Positions 25,995-38,661 of a DNA stretch of 64,000 bases are shown here, piece after piece. Location: assembly GCA_030264375.1 (NCBI GenBank), contig JASCQW010000001.1, forward strand, positions 51,273,566 through 51,337,565. The letters run 5' to 3'. Under the pieces are notes generated by a model. It was not told the DNA's origin. It saw only the letters and a list, made by a program, of their open reading frames with translations, and searched no databases. A program made the translations under genes and the position numbers. Source of the stretch: Carcharhinus longimanus. Its lineage: Eukaryota. Within the stretch, counting starts at the first letter, position 1. The number at the start of each line of letters is the position of its first letter.

Positions 25995-27050
25995 TGGCCC
26001 CAGTTAGTCACAAATTATATCAACGATTTGGATGAGGAGACCAAAAGTACTATTTTCAAGTTTGCTGATTACACAAAACTTGATGGGTAGGTGAGTGGTG
26101 AGAGGAATGTTAAGAGGCTTCAAGGTGATTTAGAGAAGTGGAGTGAGAGGGAAAATATGTGGCAGAAGCAGTTTAATGTAGATAAATGTGAAGTTATCCA
26201 CTTCAGACAGCAGAGTATTATTTAAATAGTGACAGATTGGGAAATATTTACAAATCTGGGTGTTCTTGTACACCGGTCACTGAAAGCAAGCATGTAGGTA
26301 CAGCAAACAGTTTGGAATGCAAATGGTATGTTGGCCTTTGCTGTAAGAGACTTGAGTAGAGCAACAAGAATGTTTCACTTCAGCTGTACAAGGTCTTGGT
26401 GAGACCACCAGGAGTATTGTGTGCAGTTTTGGTCTCCTTATCCAAGAAGGATATACTTGCCATAGAAGCAGTGCAGCGAAGTTTCACCAGTCTGATTCTT
26501 GGAATGGCAGGATTGTCATATAAGCTGCGATTGGGTTAACTGGGACAGTATTCACTGAAATTTAGAAGAACGAGGGGATTTAATTGAAACATAAATCCCA
26601 ACAAGACTGGACAGGCTGGTTGCAAGGTTGTTCCTTCCTCTGGGCGGGGTGGTCTTAGAATATGTGGTTACAGTCTCTGGATGCAGGGTAAGCCATTTTG
26701 GACTGAGGTGGGGAGATGTTTCTTCACTCAGAGGGTGGCGAACCCATGGAATTTTCTGTCACAGAAGGCTGTGGAGGCCAAATCACTGAATNNNNNNNNN
26801 NNNNNNNNNNNNNNNNNNNNNNNNNNNNNNNNNNNNNNNNNNNNNNNNNNNNNNNNNNNNNNNNNNNNNNNNNNNNNNNNNNNNNNNNNNNTGAATATAT
26901 TTAAGAAGGGAATAGACAGGTAGTTTTCTAGAATCTAAAGGTGTAAAGGGGTATGGTATTGAGATGGACAGTCCATGATTGTGTTGGATGGCAGAGCAGG
27001 CTCTAAGGGCCAAACAGATACTCTTGCTCCTATTTTCTACATTTCTAATT
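25995..27050 (+). mobile_element. CR1-type LINE fragment with RT core
   Basis: YINDLDE...KFAD.TKL, LYKVLVRP, FFTQRVANPWN. Confidence 0.85.
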
Positions 27051-27589
27051 ACTTTTTAGTCAATCATTTATAATGGGTTACCTCTCTGCAGCAAGTAAGT
27101 ACACCTTAGAGGAGAAGAACTAAGCCTCTCACTTTTGTGCGAAGGCAGTTTACTTAAAATTGTCTATGATCACCAACACAAGATTATTGAAGATAATATA
27201 GAAAGAGAAAAACATCTCAAAGGGGAGATAAAGTTGATGGTTGAAGAAGCAATGGGCAAAAGGCAGCCTTAAGTACAAAACAGCTGCAGTATAATTATTT
27301 GTAGGGCATGAACTTTGTAGGAATTAAACTTTCAATGTTCCTTTATATTGTTGGCAAGTGTCACATTTTTCCTTCTCTCTCCAGCTCTGAGCCCCCATTA
27401 TTCAAAGAATGGAAAATTATCTGTTCAAAGCTCTGGTTGCTGTAGCTGATTAAAGCAGTAAGTAGATAAGCTACAAAAATAAAGGTGGTCTCAAATTTGT
27501 ATTCTCATGTGTATTATGTTAGCTAATCTCAGCTAAGTCAATGAGGAAAGTGGAGGAGCAGGCATTATCCTCACCATTCACCAATAGGG

Positions 27590-29130
27590 AATGGAAATGC
27601 TGCTATACTCCTAACTTCTAGAAGAGATAGCTGAGGAAATTGTGGAGGCATCAGTGGTGAACTTTCAGGAATCACTGGAGGCAGGGAGGGTACCAGAGGA
27701 CTGGAAAGTAACTAATGTAACACCGCTGTTTAAGAAGGGAAGGAGGCAGCAAATGGGAAATTATAGGCCGGTTAGCCTGACTTTGGTCACTGGCAAGATT
27801 TGAGAGTCTATTATCAAAGATGAGATTGCAGAGTACTAGGAAGTGCATGATAAAGTAGGATTGAGTCAACATGGCTTCATCAAGGCGCAGTCATGTCTGA
27901 CAAATCTGTTAGAGTTCTTTGAGGAGGTAACAAGGAAATTAGATATAGGAGAAACAATGGATGTGATTTATTTAGGTTTCCAGAAGACCTTTGACAAGGT
28001 GCCGCATAGGAGGCTGTTAAATAATTGAAGTGCCCAAGGTGTTAAGGGTAAAATCCTGGCATGGATAGGGGAATGGCTGACTGGCAGAAGGCAGAGAGTG
28101 GGGATAAAGGGGCCTTTTTCAGGATAGCAGCTGGTGACTAGTGCTGTGCCTCAGGGGTCAGTGCTGGGACCACAACTTTTCACAATATACAGTAACAATT
28201 TGGAGGAAGGAACCGAAGGCACTGTTGCTAAGTTTGCAGATGATACAAAGCTATGGACAGGGACAGGTAGTATTGAGGAAGCAGGGGAGCTGCAGAAGGA
28301 TTTGGATAGGTTAGGAGAGTGGGCAAAGAAGTAGCAGATGGAGTACAATGTGGAAACATGTCAGGTTATGCACGTTGGAAGGAGGAATGGAGGCATAGAC
28401 TATTTTCTAAATGGGAAAATACTTAGAAAATCAAAAACACAAAGGGATTCGGGAATCCTTGTTCAAGATTCCCTTAAGGTTAACGCTGGCAATTAGGAAA
28501 GCAACTGCAATGTTAGCATTCATGTCGAGTGGGCTAGAATACAAGAGCAGGAATGTACTTCTGAGGCTCTGGTCAGACCCCATTTGGAGTATTGTGAGCA
28601 GTTTTGGGCCCCATATCTGAGGAAGGATGTGCTAGGCTTGGAAAGGGTCCAAAGGAGGTTCACACAAATGATCCCTGGAATGAAGTGCTTGTCACATCAG
28701 GAACAGTTGAAGACTCTGGGTCTGTACTCGTTGGAGTTTAGAAGGATGAAGGGAGATCTTGTTGAAACTTACAGGACACTGCGAGGTTTGGATAAAGTGG
28801 ATGTGGAGAGGATGCTTCCACTAGTAGGAAAAACTAGAAACAGAGGGCACAGTCTCAGGCTAAAGGGATGATTCTTTAAAACGGAGAGAAGGAATTTCTT
28901 CAACCAGAGAGCAGTGAATCTGTGGAATTCTTTGCTGCAGAAGATTGTATAGGCCAGGTCATTGAGTGTCTTTACAACAGAGATAGATAGGTTCTTGATT
29001 GATAAGGGGATCAGGGGTTATGGGGAAAAGACAGAAAAATGGGGATGAGAAAAATATCAGTCATAACTGAATGGCGAAGCAGACTCAAAGGGTCAAGTGG
29101 CCTTATTCTGCGCCTATGTCTCATGGTTTT
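27590..29130 (+). mobile_element. CR1-type LINE, 5'-truncated, RT pseudogene
   Basis: GNYRPVSLT, QHGFIK..SCLTNLLEFFEEVT, VPQGSVLGP, KFADDTKL, LERVQRRFT; several stops. Confidence 0.93.
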
Positions 29131-29810
29131 TTGGTCTAACTCCTGATTATTATCTAGAAATCACTATTCAAAGTGCAGCTGAGAAGGATAAGGTCAGAAT
29201 TAATTGCAACACATCCAGCAGTACATTTGCTCACCACTATCGACTGTCTCACTGTAATGCATCTTTGCATGAACAATCCAGAACTGATTCCACTGTCCTG
29301 CTCTCTTCCCATAGCCTTGTGACATCCTCTATTTCAAATATTTGTCTGCTTTTCTTTTATGGTCTCTACCTCAACTATTCTTTGGTGTAATGCATTCAAT
29401 TCTGTAGCAAAGCTGATGAAGTAATACCACAGCAAAGAGTTAACATCTTAAATGGCGGAAGAGGGACTTTTTAAAACACTTAAGTTCACAAAGTGCTACA
29501 ATTGCTTTCAAATTTATATATTTGATCACTTCTTGAAAAATGAGCAGATTTTCTTATGACAGTTATTATTCTAAGTTGCATGGAGCCCATTATGAACTTA
29601 ATACAGTAGCAGTGTTTGAATTACTTTGGGAAATTAAGAGATTGATTTTTAAAGGCATTCACAAGAGGTCAAGTCATTTGAGACTACTATAGCAGATCGA
29701 ATTATTCTTTCCACTCCACAGTATTTCTTTGCACAGGTTTGTTTAAGGAAAGTCACTGGTAAATATCGTGAATATTTTGAAGCAATTAAATAAATAAATT
29801 AACTAATTAC

Positions 29811-30014
29811 CTGCAAACAGAATATGAGAAGCAAAGGTGTTCATTCCCACCAATAGTGCTGGCAGTATATTGGTGCTATGCCCTTCAATGAATCCAACAA
29901 AAGCCGCATTCCATTGGATAGCTGGAAAAGTAGGTTGATGCCCAGTGGCATAAAAAAATTGTGTAGCTGCAAAGGCCCAGGCCGTAACTGCATACCAAGG
30001 AACAGAGAAATAAC
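29811..30014 (-). CDS. PIGO: PIGO coding exon 7
   Basis: Acceptor ttctttaaaaaag|GT, donor CAG|gtaatt; 204 nt; [21 protein letters not shown] motif. Confidence 0.95.
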
Positions 30015-31289
30015 CTTTTTTAAAGAAAAAAAAAGTCAGTGGCAAACAATGATTGCGTTCCTAGGAAAATCAAATTTTAACTAAAGACTAGTTTGAAAAA
30101 CAATTTGTCAGTCATCTACTGAAATTTTTAAATGCCAACATTTTAAAAAAATGACGTGAATCAGTTTGAACTACATAAACCATCACAAGTGAATTTTCAT
30201 CATATTCAGCAACAAGTTATGCATGCAATGTACCCACTTTCATAACATTACATCTAAGAAACACCATTTCAGTCAACTCTTCTGAGAATCTACTACAGAA
30301 ACAATTCCAGGTAAATAAATTAAGGGAAGAAACTTAAGTAGCTGGTATTTTGTTCTCAGTATGTGGTAAAAGGCATGTATTTATATAGCATCCTTCATGA
30401 TCTCGATGTCAGAAAGTGCTTCACAGCAATGACAAGTATTCCACAGCTTTGACACTTAGTGCAATATTTATTATCACTCATTGTCCTGAGGATAAGGTGG
30501 AATTGGGTCATATCCAGGCAAGAGTCACTAAAGGTAACAGATTCCTCTCATAAAACCATTTGTGAACCAGCTGTATTTTTACATGGTCACTTTTTATGGT
30601 TATTTTCATTCCTGGTGTTTTTCACAAATAACCAGAAATTCAATTACACAATTTAACAGAAGGAATCCGGACTTATGATTTCCAGTTTCATACCATAACC
30701 AGGAGGCTACATTTATAAATAGTTTTTTAAACAGTTTAAGACTAAAATTTGATTGTAACGTTTTAAACAAAACTGACAACATAGATTATCTGTTCCGAAC
30801 ACTCGCGTAGAAATGACTGTTAACCCTGACCAAAGTCGCACAATAGTGTGCTTGACATCAAAGATCTGAGGATCTCCAGCATGTAATCTTTCTTCCTCTA
30901 CATTGCACTTTAAGAGGTTGGCAAATTTGTTCTATATTAAGAGATTGATGAGATATGGTTCAAATTTGGATCTTCTTGTACGTGCCTCATGCTCAAGCAT
31001 TATTGTGCTACTTCTCAGGGTCTCCAATCATTTATGAATGACAAATGTGTGACATTCCACTTGTGAGGTACAAGAGAGAGACTAGTACTTGCAGAAGAAT
31101 ACTCTAACCGTATTCAAGTTTTATTTATTTAATGCCTTTTAAACAAAGAAGATAGAAAGGAATTCCAGTCAGTATCTCCAGGAAAAGATGAGGCACAATT
31201 GGACAGATTGAAAAACAAAATTCTCAAAGAATCAGAACATCACAGCAGTGAGTCATTCATCCCAAATTTTCACAATCCCCTCTTGCCTT

Positions 31290-33930
31290 TTCCTTTTTAA
31301 TTCTGAACTACCAAGTCTGTAGAATAGCCTCGGATTCATCCCCTTACAATCCCACCTCAATTGAACTTGGCATGACATTTGGCACGTCATCTTTGCCTCT
31401 GCACCCATTTCTCCCCCACCTCACCCAAAGTGAGTCGTTGTTTCCTCCCCATCTTCAGAATTCTCAAACCACCTGGATACAATCCCCTCTAAATTTTTCA
31501 TTGATAACTGCTGGGGTGACATTGATTGTTTCATTTTCTTTGCTCATCTGATTCACTGTAATCTATCTCCCTTTGAACTTACAGAATTATTTTCTCAGAT
31601 TTCACATAGCATTCTTATTGTTTGACAAACTGACCTCGAATTTGCGGACACTGAATGTCAATTCTCTGCAATACCTTCTGTGAACGTCCTGTAATTTTTG
31701 ACCCCACCAGTGAGCATTAAGCCATAATTTCTAAGTCTGTGACTGACCTCATTTCCTCAGTTATTCTCATTGCTTCTAACCTTATAATCCCTCAACACAC
31801 ACAGGCTGCTTCAACTTCGTTCCCAAGATCCATAAACAGAATTGCCCCAATAAACCTGTCATTTCAATGTTGTTCTTGCTCCAAGAAACTAATTTCTTCC
31901 TTTTCAAAATATCATTTACATTTACAGTTGATACTTTCTAAAGATATGAAAGATGATGATAAATTTAAAATNNNNNNNNNNGGCTCTCATCTCAGCCAGC
32001 TAAACTTTCTATTTATCCTTGATTCTTCTGATGCCATCCATCACTCATTTTCCAATTCTCTGGTCCTGTTTGTCTCCATTTCACCATAAACATCCAGTCC
32101 CTCTATACCTTCATTTCCCAGCTGATAACCTAATAAGTTTCTGCCTTTTTCTTGATCAGTGCCACCCCCAACAACAAGTCCCCATTGACAATCAAGCTCC
32201 TCCCCAAGAATGTGTGCTTCAACTTGTGAACAACTTAACTTTTGACTTCATACACTTCCTCCAAAAAGGTCTTGCCACAGGAACCCATTTGGGTTATAAC
32301 AATGCAACCTTTTCTTGGAACTGTGGGACATTCTTTGCTCCCATGTTCAAACCTTCACTGCTTTCTCCAGTACACTGGCAACGTTAATTGATGCTATTTC
32401 CAGCTCTTACTCCAAACTGAAAATTGAATTTACTCTGCTTCCAATTTCACCCTTTCCTCACCTTATGTTCCATCTTCAACTTTTCCATTCCTAAATTTCT
32501 GTATCCATTTCTGGGGAAAGTCTACCAAACAATATCTACTAAAAGCCCACCAACTCTCAGCTAACTAGACTACATTTTCTTCACTCCAATTCCTATAACA
32601 CTCCATTCCATTCTCAACTTTGTCATTCTGACAATACCACTGGCCAATGCTTCCTTTCATTTCTGTCAGCTGAGCAGTTCCCTCCACTGTTAGCATGGCC
32701 CAAAGCCTTGTCGTTCAATTCCAGAACTTCTGTTCTCATCCCTCCCCCCCTCCCTTTCAGAACCAAAATAAGGTTCCCCTTATCCTTGCCTTCACATTCA
32801 AGAGATCCTCTGCCATTTTCATCACCTCCAGCATGATGCTACCATCAAACACATCATCTTCTCCCTTTTCTACATTCTGAAGGAATTGTTCTGTCCATGA
32901 CAACTTCATCCACACCACCACCCTTTTCCACGTTATCTTCCCACGCAAGCACACGCGATACCATGCCTGGTGTTTTTAATTCCTCCCCTCCTGCTGTCCA
33001 GGGATCAAAATATTCAGTTCCAGGTGAAGCAGCAATTTACTTGTACTTCTTGCAATTTAGTATACCGCATTTGTTGCTCATAACATGGTCTCCTCTATAT
33101 TGGAAGACCAAGCACAGATTGGATAACTACTTTGCAGAACAATTCTGTTCAGTCCACAAGCTTGATCCTGAACTTCCAATTATCTGTCATGTTAACTCTC
33201 TTTCCCACCTCAATTTCTGTCCTTGGTCTCCTACACCTCTACAATACAAGCTGGAGGAACAGCACATTTTTGATTAAACACCTGATAGTCTTCTCTGAAT
33301 ACAACAAATGATTCCAACAATTTCAGACCGTAAATCGCTGCTTCATAATTTTTCCAGATGCCAGCTATGGAGATGATTCTGAACTTCCTGTTTACACCTC
33401 AAGAAGCATCTATTGCAGTTTTGACAAAGGGTCATCTGGACTCGAAACGCCAGCTCTTTCCTCTCCTTACAGATGCTTCCATTTTCTCTTTTGGTTGCAT
33501 CTTTTGTTTCTTTACTTGCCCAATTACCACTTTCATCTTCCTTGGCACAATGATCCCTTTTGTCTTATCTGCCTTCCACGCCATCACCATTTTGATCTTC
33601 CACCATCTTGTCCTGCTTTTGTACTTTTAAAAACCTGTCACATCCCCAACTTTTTCCAGTTCTGATGAAGTGTTCATATATCCAATAATGCTGCTTGACC
33701 AGAATATTTTCAGCATTTTCATTTTTATTTCAGAATTCCAGTATCGGTAATATGGTGCTCTTGTAGTCCTTTACCCCAAGTTTGTAATAAAATAAAAACA
33801 AATACTGTGGATGCCAAAAATCTGAAAGAAAAACAGAAAATACTGGAAAACCTCAGCAAATCTGGTATCTAAGGAGAGAGAAGCAGAGTTAACCTTTCAA
33901 GTCCATAGGAATCCTCTTCAGCGCTGAAAG
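31290..33930 (+). mobile_element. Penelope-like element (RT + GIY-YIG endonuclease), decayed
   Basis: FLQKGLATGTHLG (cf. GVAMGTRMGP), IY.KPT.S, NLVY.I.CS..GLLYIG.TK.RL remnant near 33050-33150; terminal repeats 33421-33930. Confidence 0.75.
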
Positions 33931-34174
33931 TGAAGCACCAATTCATGTTTGTATCTGCTCTTTGCAAGAGCTAACTACTTAATTCCACATTATTTACATT
34001 TTTTCTATCCCAAATACTTAATTGTTTTGCTTTTTAAAAATGCTATGATTCTACTTCAAATACTGTTTTCTGCTAAGGCATGTCATAAAAGTCTTCTAAC
34101 TTTTTTCTTCATTTTCGTGTTTTAAATTTATGTTTTCTAAATGTTAATTTAAATGTGAAGTTTACTTATTCATT

Positions 34175-34432
34175 GCAAGTAGGTTTGCAATGAAGTTACT
34201 GTGAAAATCCCCTAATCACCACACTCTGGTGCCTGTTCTGGTACACAGAGGAAGAATTTAGCATGGCCAATCCATCTAGGCAGTACTTCTTTCAGACTGA
34301 GAGAGGAAACCAGAGCACCCAGAGAAAACCCATGCAGACACAGGGAGAATGTCCAGACTCTGCACAAACAGTGGCCCAAACTGGGAATTGACCCAGGGTC
34401 CCTGGCACTGTGAAGCAGCAGTGCTAACCATA
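34175..34432 (-). mobile_element. HE1/V-SINE-like SINE
   Basis: Head tggttagcactgctgcttcacagtgccaggg, tail ggattttcacagtaacttcattgc. Confidence 0.85.
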
Positions 34433-34810
34433 GTTTTAGTAATCAATGGCACAATCTAGTCTAGTCTGTCCTTATGATTGAAGTCCCTTATCCCTGGTTT
34501 TGTCTCAATTAATCTTTTATCCCCCCCTTTCATGGGTGGAACGACTTTCCTGAAGTAAGACACTTGATTACTTTGTATTAGGCTGTGGAACCTCTGAGTT
34601 GGTTCCAAATTTTGTACGCTTGAGCACATACAGCAGAGATATAAAATATTGAGGATTCTGCTCAGGTATAAAATGTAACAATATTTCAGTGATGTTAAAT
34701 TAGATCAATAAAATAAAATGTTTTTATAAACCCTGAAAAATACTATCAAAAAGTGCTATCATTTTCTCAATAATGTCTTTAACGACACATCAGCTGAACC
34801 AACTACATAC

Positions 34811-36419
34811 CAATGTCATCAGACCGCAATGAAAGATTTCTTGCTGTGCTGTGTATCTCAAGGAAAGAAAATCCCTCCAAGAATAGCAGCAGGAAAGCCA
34901 GTGACATTCTCTCATTATGCAACATAATAAGTAACAATGTCAAAAGGGCAAGAACAACGAGAAATGCAGCAGAATACACAGTTCCCAAGCCATAAGCAGC
35001 TACTGTCCGAGTCTTCATTTGGTTGTCATTAAAATGTATGTTCATTGATCGCTGCATCTTACGGTATATCAGTGGGACTACATAGAGAGAGTCATCTTCC
35101 ATTTCAGGGGAGCCTTTGTAGGAACGGGCTACAGTTTCATCAGACTGTCTGCTGTCCTTTACAAACACAGTGATTGGATTCCATAGGACAATAAGGAAGC
35201 CTGTCATTACCAGCACAAAGACAATTCCTGGGACTACAGCTGCTATCTTCTTTGTCAGTTCTTGAAGTTTAACGGAGGTTTCTTCTGGAACAGCATTTAC
35301 AGCCCAATAGCAGCATAAACAAAATACAATAAATGGGAAACCCAAACGTACAAAAAACACAACAAAGTGTGAACTGTTGAGGTTCCCATAATGAAGGAAC
35401 CATTTTCGTATGAGGTAGACCAAGGCTGCAAGTGATGATACTGACAAAATATAATGGAAGTTCCTTTGTTGACTATTATTTAACCTTGACAAAGGTTTCA
35501 GGAAAGTGGAGGGCTCGCAGTCTGTAAGTTCTTCACGACAGTTATAAAAATTGCTGGACAAAAGAATGCAGAGCAGGAAGGCCATCAGTAACCCAATCAA
35601 GTAAAATGATTCCCGTCTGTATGAAACAGAACCAGAATTTTTTTGCATCTCTGGTACAAATGGTGCAGTCAAATAGTAACTGGTAAGTTTTCCGTTCCAT
35701 TTTAGGTTCAGGATGGTAACAGTTACAATAGATTTCAGGAGGAATGAAACCACTTGCCCTTCAGTTACTACAAAGCTATTGGAAAACATAGCTAGGCACC
35801 GTAATAGGAGAATTCCCAAAGGTACAAGGAACTTCACACAACTTTTCCACTTCTGCTGAATACCAGCACTGGAGCTTTGGATCAGTTTATTTACAATACG
35901 ATCATTATCATGGCTTGCTCTCCAGAAGTTCCAATGGAAGCTCACATGAGATGCAACAGCTATCCAGAAACATATTATCAGAGGTTCCACCAAAATGTCA
36001 GCTATCAGCATCCAGATGTAAACTGTTAATCCTGCAGTCAGACCCCAGACAACGGGATACAAAAGAAGCTGTGTGTACAAAGATTCAAATGTTGTTGCAG
36101 TTTCAGATACCAGAAAACATTGTATACAGGTTGCTGCTAGAAGTAAAATACCACAAAGCATGTGTATAGGGTTGAATCTTGCCCATGATTCTCGACAAAC
36201 TTCCTTGGTCTCTCTCAAGTAGCGTCGCTGCGAGATTAATAGCTTTTGAAACCTTGAGTGAAAATCTTGGTCAGGAACAACTTTTCCAGAAATCTGCATG
36301 TTTGTAATCAGGTCATTATATTCAGCTACTGCAGTGGAAAACAATTCCTTCAAATATTTCAGCTTTGTCACAGGTAGGTCGCTGGCAGCATAAGAGTAGG
36401 ATTCCAAAAATCGATTCAC
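34811..36419 (-). CDS. PIGO: PIGO large coding exon 6 (multi-transmembrane region)
   Basis: 1609-nt open exon; acceptor ttgtatag|GTG, donor TTG|gtatgt; motifs CRESWARF, FSNSFVVTEG, CREE, AAYGLGTVYSA. Confidence 0.96.
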
Positions 36420-36439
36420 CTATACAACAACATAAGATG

Positions 36440-36745
36440 GTGAAAAAAAGACTTCCATTCACAAAGCGCTTTTCACGATCACCGAATGTCTCCCAGCACT
36501 CTACAGCCTTGAAGTACTTGTGAAGTGTAGTCATTGTTGTAATGTAGGAAATGCAGCAACCAATTTGTGCATAGCAAACTCCCACAAACAGCAAAGTGAT
36601 AACAACTAAATCTGTTCTTGTGATATTGATTGAGGAATAAATATTGGTCAGGACACCAGGGATAACTCCTCTGTTCTTCTTTGAAAAACTGCCATGGGAT
36701 CTTTTACATCCACCCAAGCAGGGAGATGGGGGCTTTGATTAATAT
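36440..36745 (-). mobile_element. Deu-domain SINE abutting the PIGO exon 6 acceptor
   Basis: Minus strand gggtggatgtaaaagatcccatggcag...gaagaacagaggagttatccctggtgtcctgaccaatatttattcctcaa, a well preserved Deu core and tail. Confidence 0.8.
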
Positions 36746-38179
36746 CTAACAAGATGGAGATTTTATATATTATGTATATATACACACACACACACTATAA
36801 ATATATAGTATATATGCACACATACCAATGTCAAATATCAGTCAGGAGCATTTTTTGGTTTATTCAAAAAAAACTCTCCTACATTTTACTGGTACTTTGC
36901 CAACAATTATATGCCTAGAATAAGTCAGCTTCTGTAAGTTGCCAAAAACTAGTCTGAAAAGTTGCTAAACTATAGGCCACTATTTAATTTAAAAACAACA
37001 ATTTAATTGAGAAAATTATTCTGACATTACCGCACTCCTTGCTGCATGGCTAAGTAATGGGCTTTCCAATCAGTTAGCTATGGGTTTGGCAATTGGATAT
37101 TGCAATTGTCATCACCACTTCTGGGGATTGAGAAGAAAAAGAAACAGAAGTAGTCGCGACAACCATTCTTGATTGCCAGTTTATAGTATTGTAAAGGATG
37201 CTTTTGGATATCAGGGGAAGATGGAATCCAGGTTAGACATGATGTCTAATCAGGTACGGCATCACAAAGTTTTGTAATAGCCCTGGAACAATTGCCATAA
37301 GCGGAAATTAGTGGTGGGGGAATGGTACAAACACAAGCCCACAACTTCTTACAATATAGGATGTCTGGTGGATTATATCACTTTAAATACCACTTTGAAG
37401 GATTACACTTCACTATGGAGGGCTGCTTCATCTTAGAAAAAGTGGACCTTGACTTGCCTTATCCTGACCAAAGACAATAAATAGGAGTCCTCAGTTCCAG
37501 ATCTTCCTGTGAGTCCTATAAAACTGTACATAGATCACAATGGAAAGGGGTGGCATACAATGTGCACAGAAAAGAATTACTACAAAATTATACAGTTTTG
37601 CATGTAGCAACATAGAATGAAAATGAAAAAGCTTTCTTTTTCAGAATGAAAATGTTTTAAGTGCCATAATTGATCAATGACCAAAAATTGAAGGCTTCAG
37701 TCCTTTATCTGAAAAGTTTGTTTGATTCAATCATCTAACGGGGCGATCAGTTTGCAATATGGATACACCTTTCACAAGCACCATGCACAATTGGTACATC
37801 ATATAAGAAATTTACAGCACAAGATGGAAGTTATTCATATCTGTGCCAGCTGAAAGAGAGTTTCCAACCTCATCCCACTTTCCTGCTACCTTCAAGGATC
37901 AGATATGTATTCCAAGTCCTCTGTTCCTCGACACTTCTGTATCCTACCATTTGCATGTTCCTTTGCCTTGTATGGCTTCCCTAAAAGCACCCTAAAATTC
38001 AATTATTGAATTGAATTTCATTTGCCATTTTCTGTCTACCTGACCAGTCCAATATTATCTTCCCACAGTCAACAGCTTTCCTATACTATTAGCCACACAA
38101 ACAATTTTAGCTCCAAATTCATTCCTCTCTGATGATATACTGCAAACAAAAAAGGACATTGTGAAAACAGACACAGCCT

Positions 38180-38655
38180 CCTAATCACAACAATTACTAT
38201 CTGTCTACGCTTTGGAAGCAAAAACGAGGCGGCAGATTACTACCTGGATGGCTGTAAATTGGGAGACGGGAATGTGCAGCGGGACCTGGGTGTCCTTGTG
38301 CACCAGTCACTGAAGATAAGCATGCAGGTTCAGCAGGCAGTAAAGAAGGCAAATGGTATGTTGGCCTTTTTGCAAAAATGTTTTGAATACAGGCGCAGGA
38401 ATGTGTTGCTGTAATTATACAGGGCCTTGGTGAGGCCACACCTAGAATATTGTGTGCAGTTTTGGTCTCCTTTCCTGAGGAAGGATATTCTTGCTCTCGA
38501 GGGGGTGCAGCAATTTCAGGAATCCAGGCGGGACTAATGTATGAGGCGAACTGATTAGGTTAGGATTGTTGATCAGCCATGTAATGAATGGATCATCAGT
38601 AATGAATGGCTGAGCTGATTTGAAGGGCCAAATGGCCTCCTCCTGCTTCTATGTT
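38180..38655 (+). mobile_element. CR1-type LINE 3' fragment
   Basis: [32 protein letters not shown]. Confidence 0.85.
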
Positions 38656-38661
38656 TACTAT

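Noticed and set aside
27843-28871. Reverse-transcriptase ORFs as a functional gene or retron-like system
   Set aside because: Fragments of one CR1 LINE broken by stops and frameshifts
36140-36160. Internal donor for a short PIGO isoform skipping most of the large exon
   Set aside because: Only a weak TG|gtattt site and no paired acceptor could be supported from sequence alone
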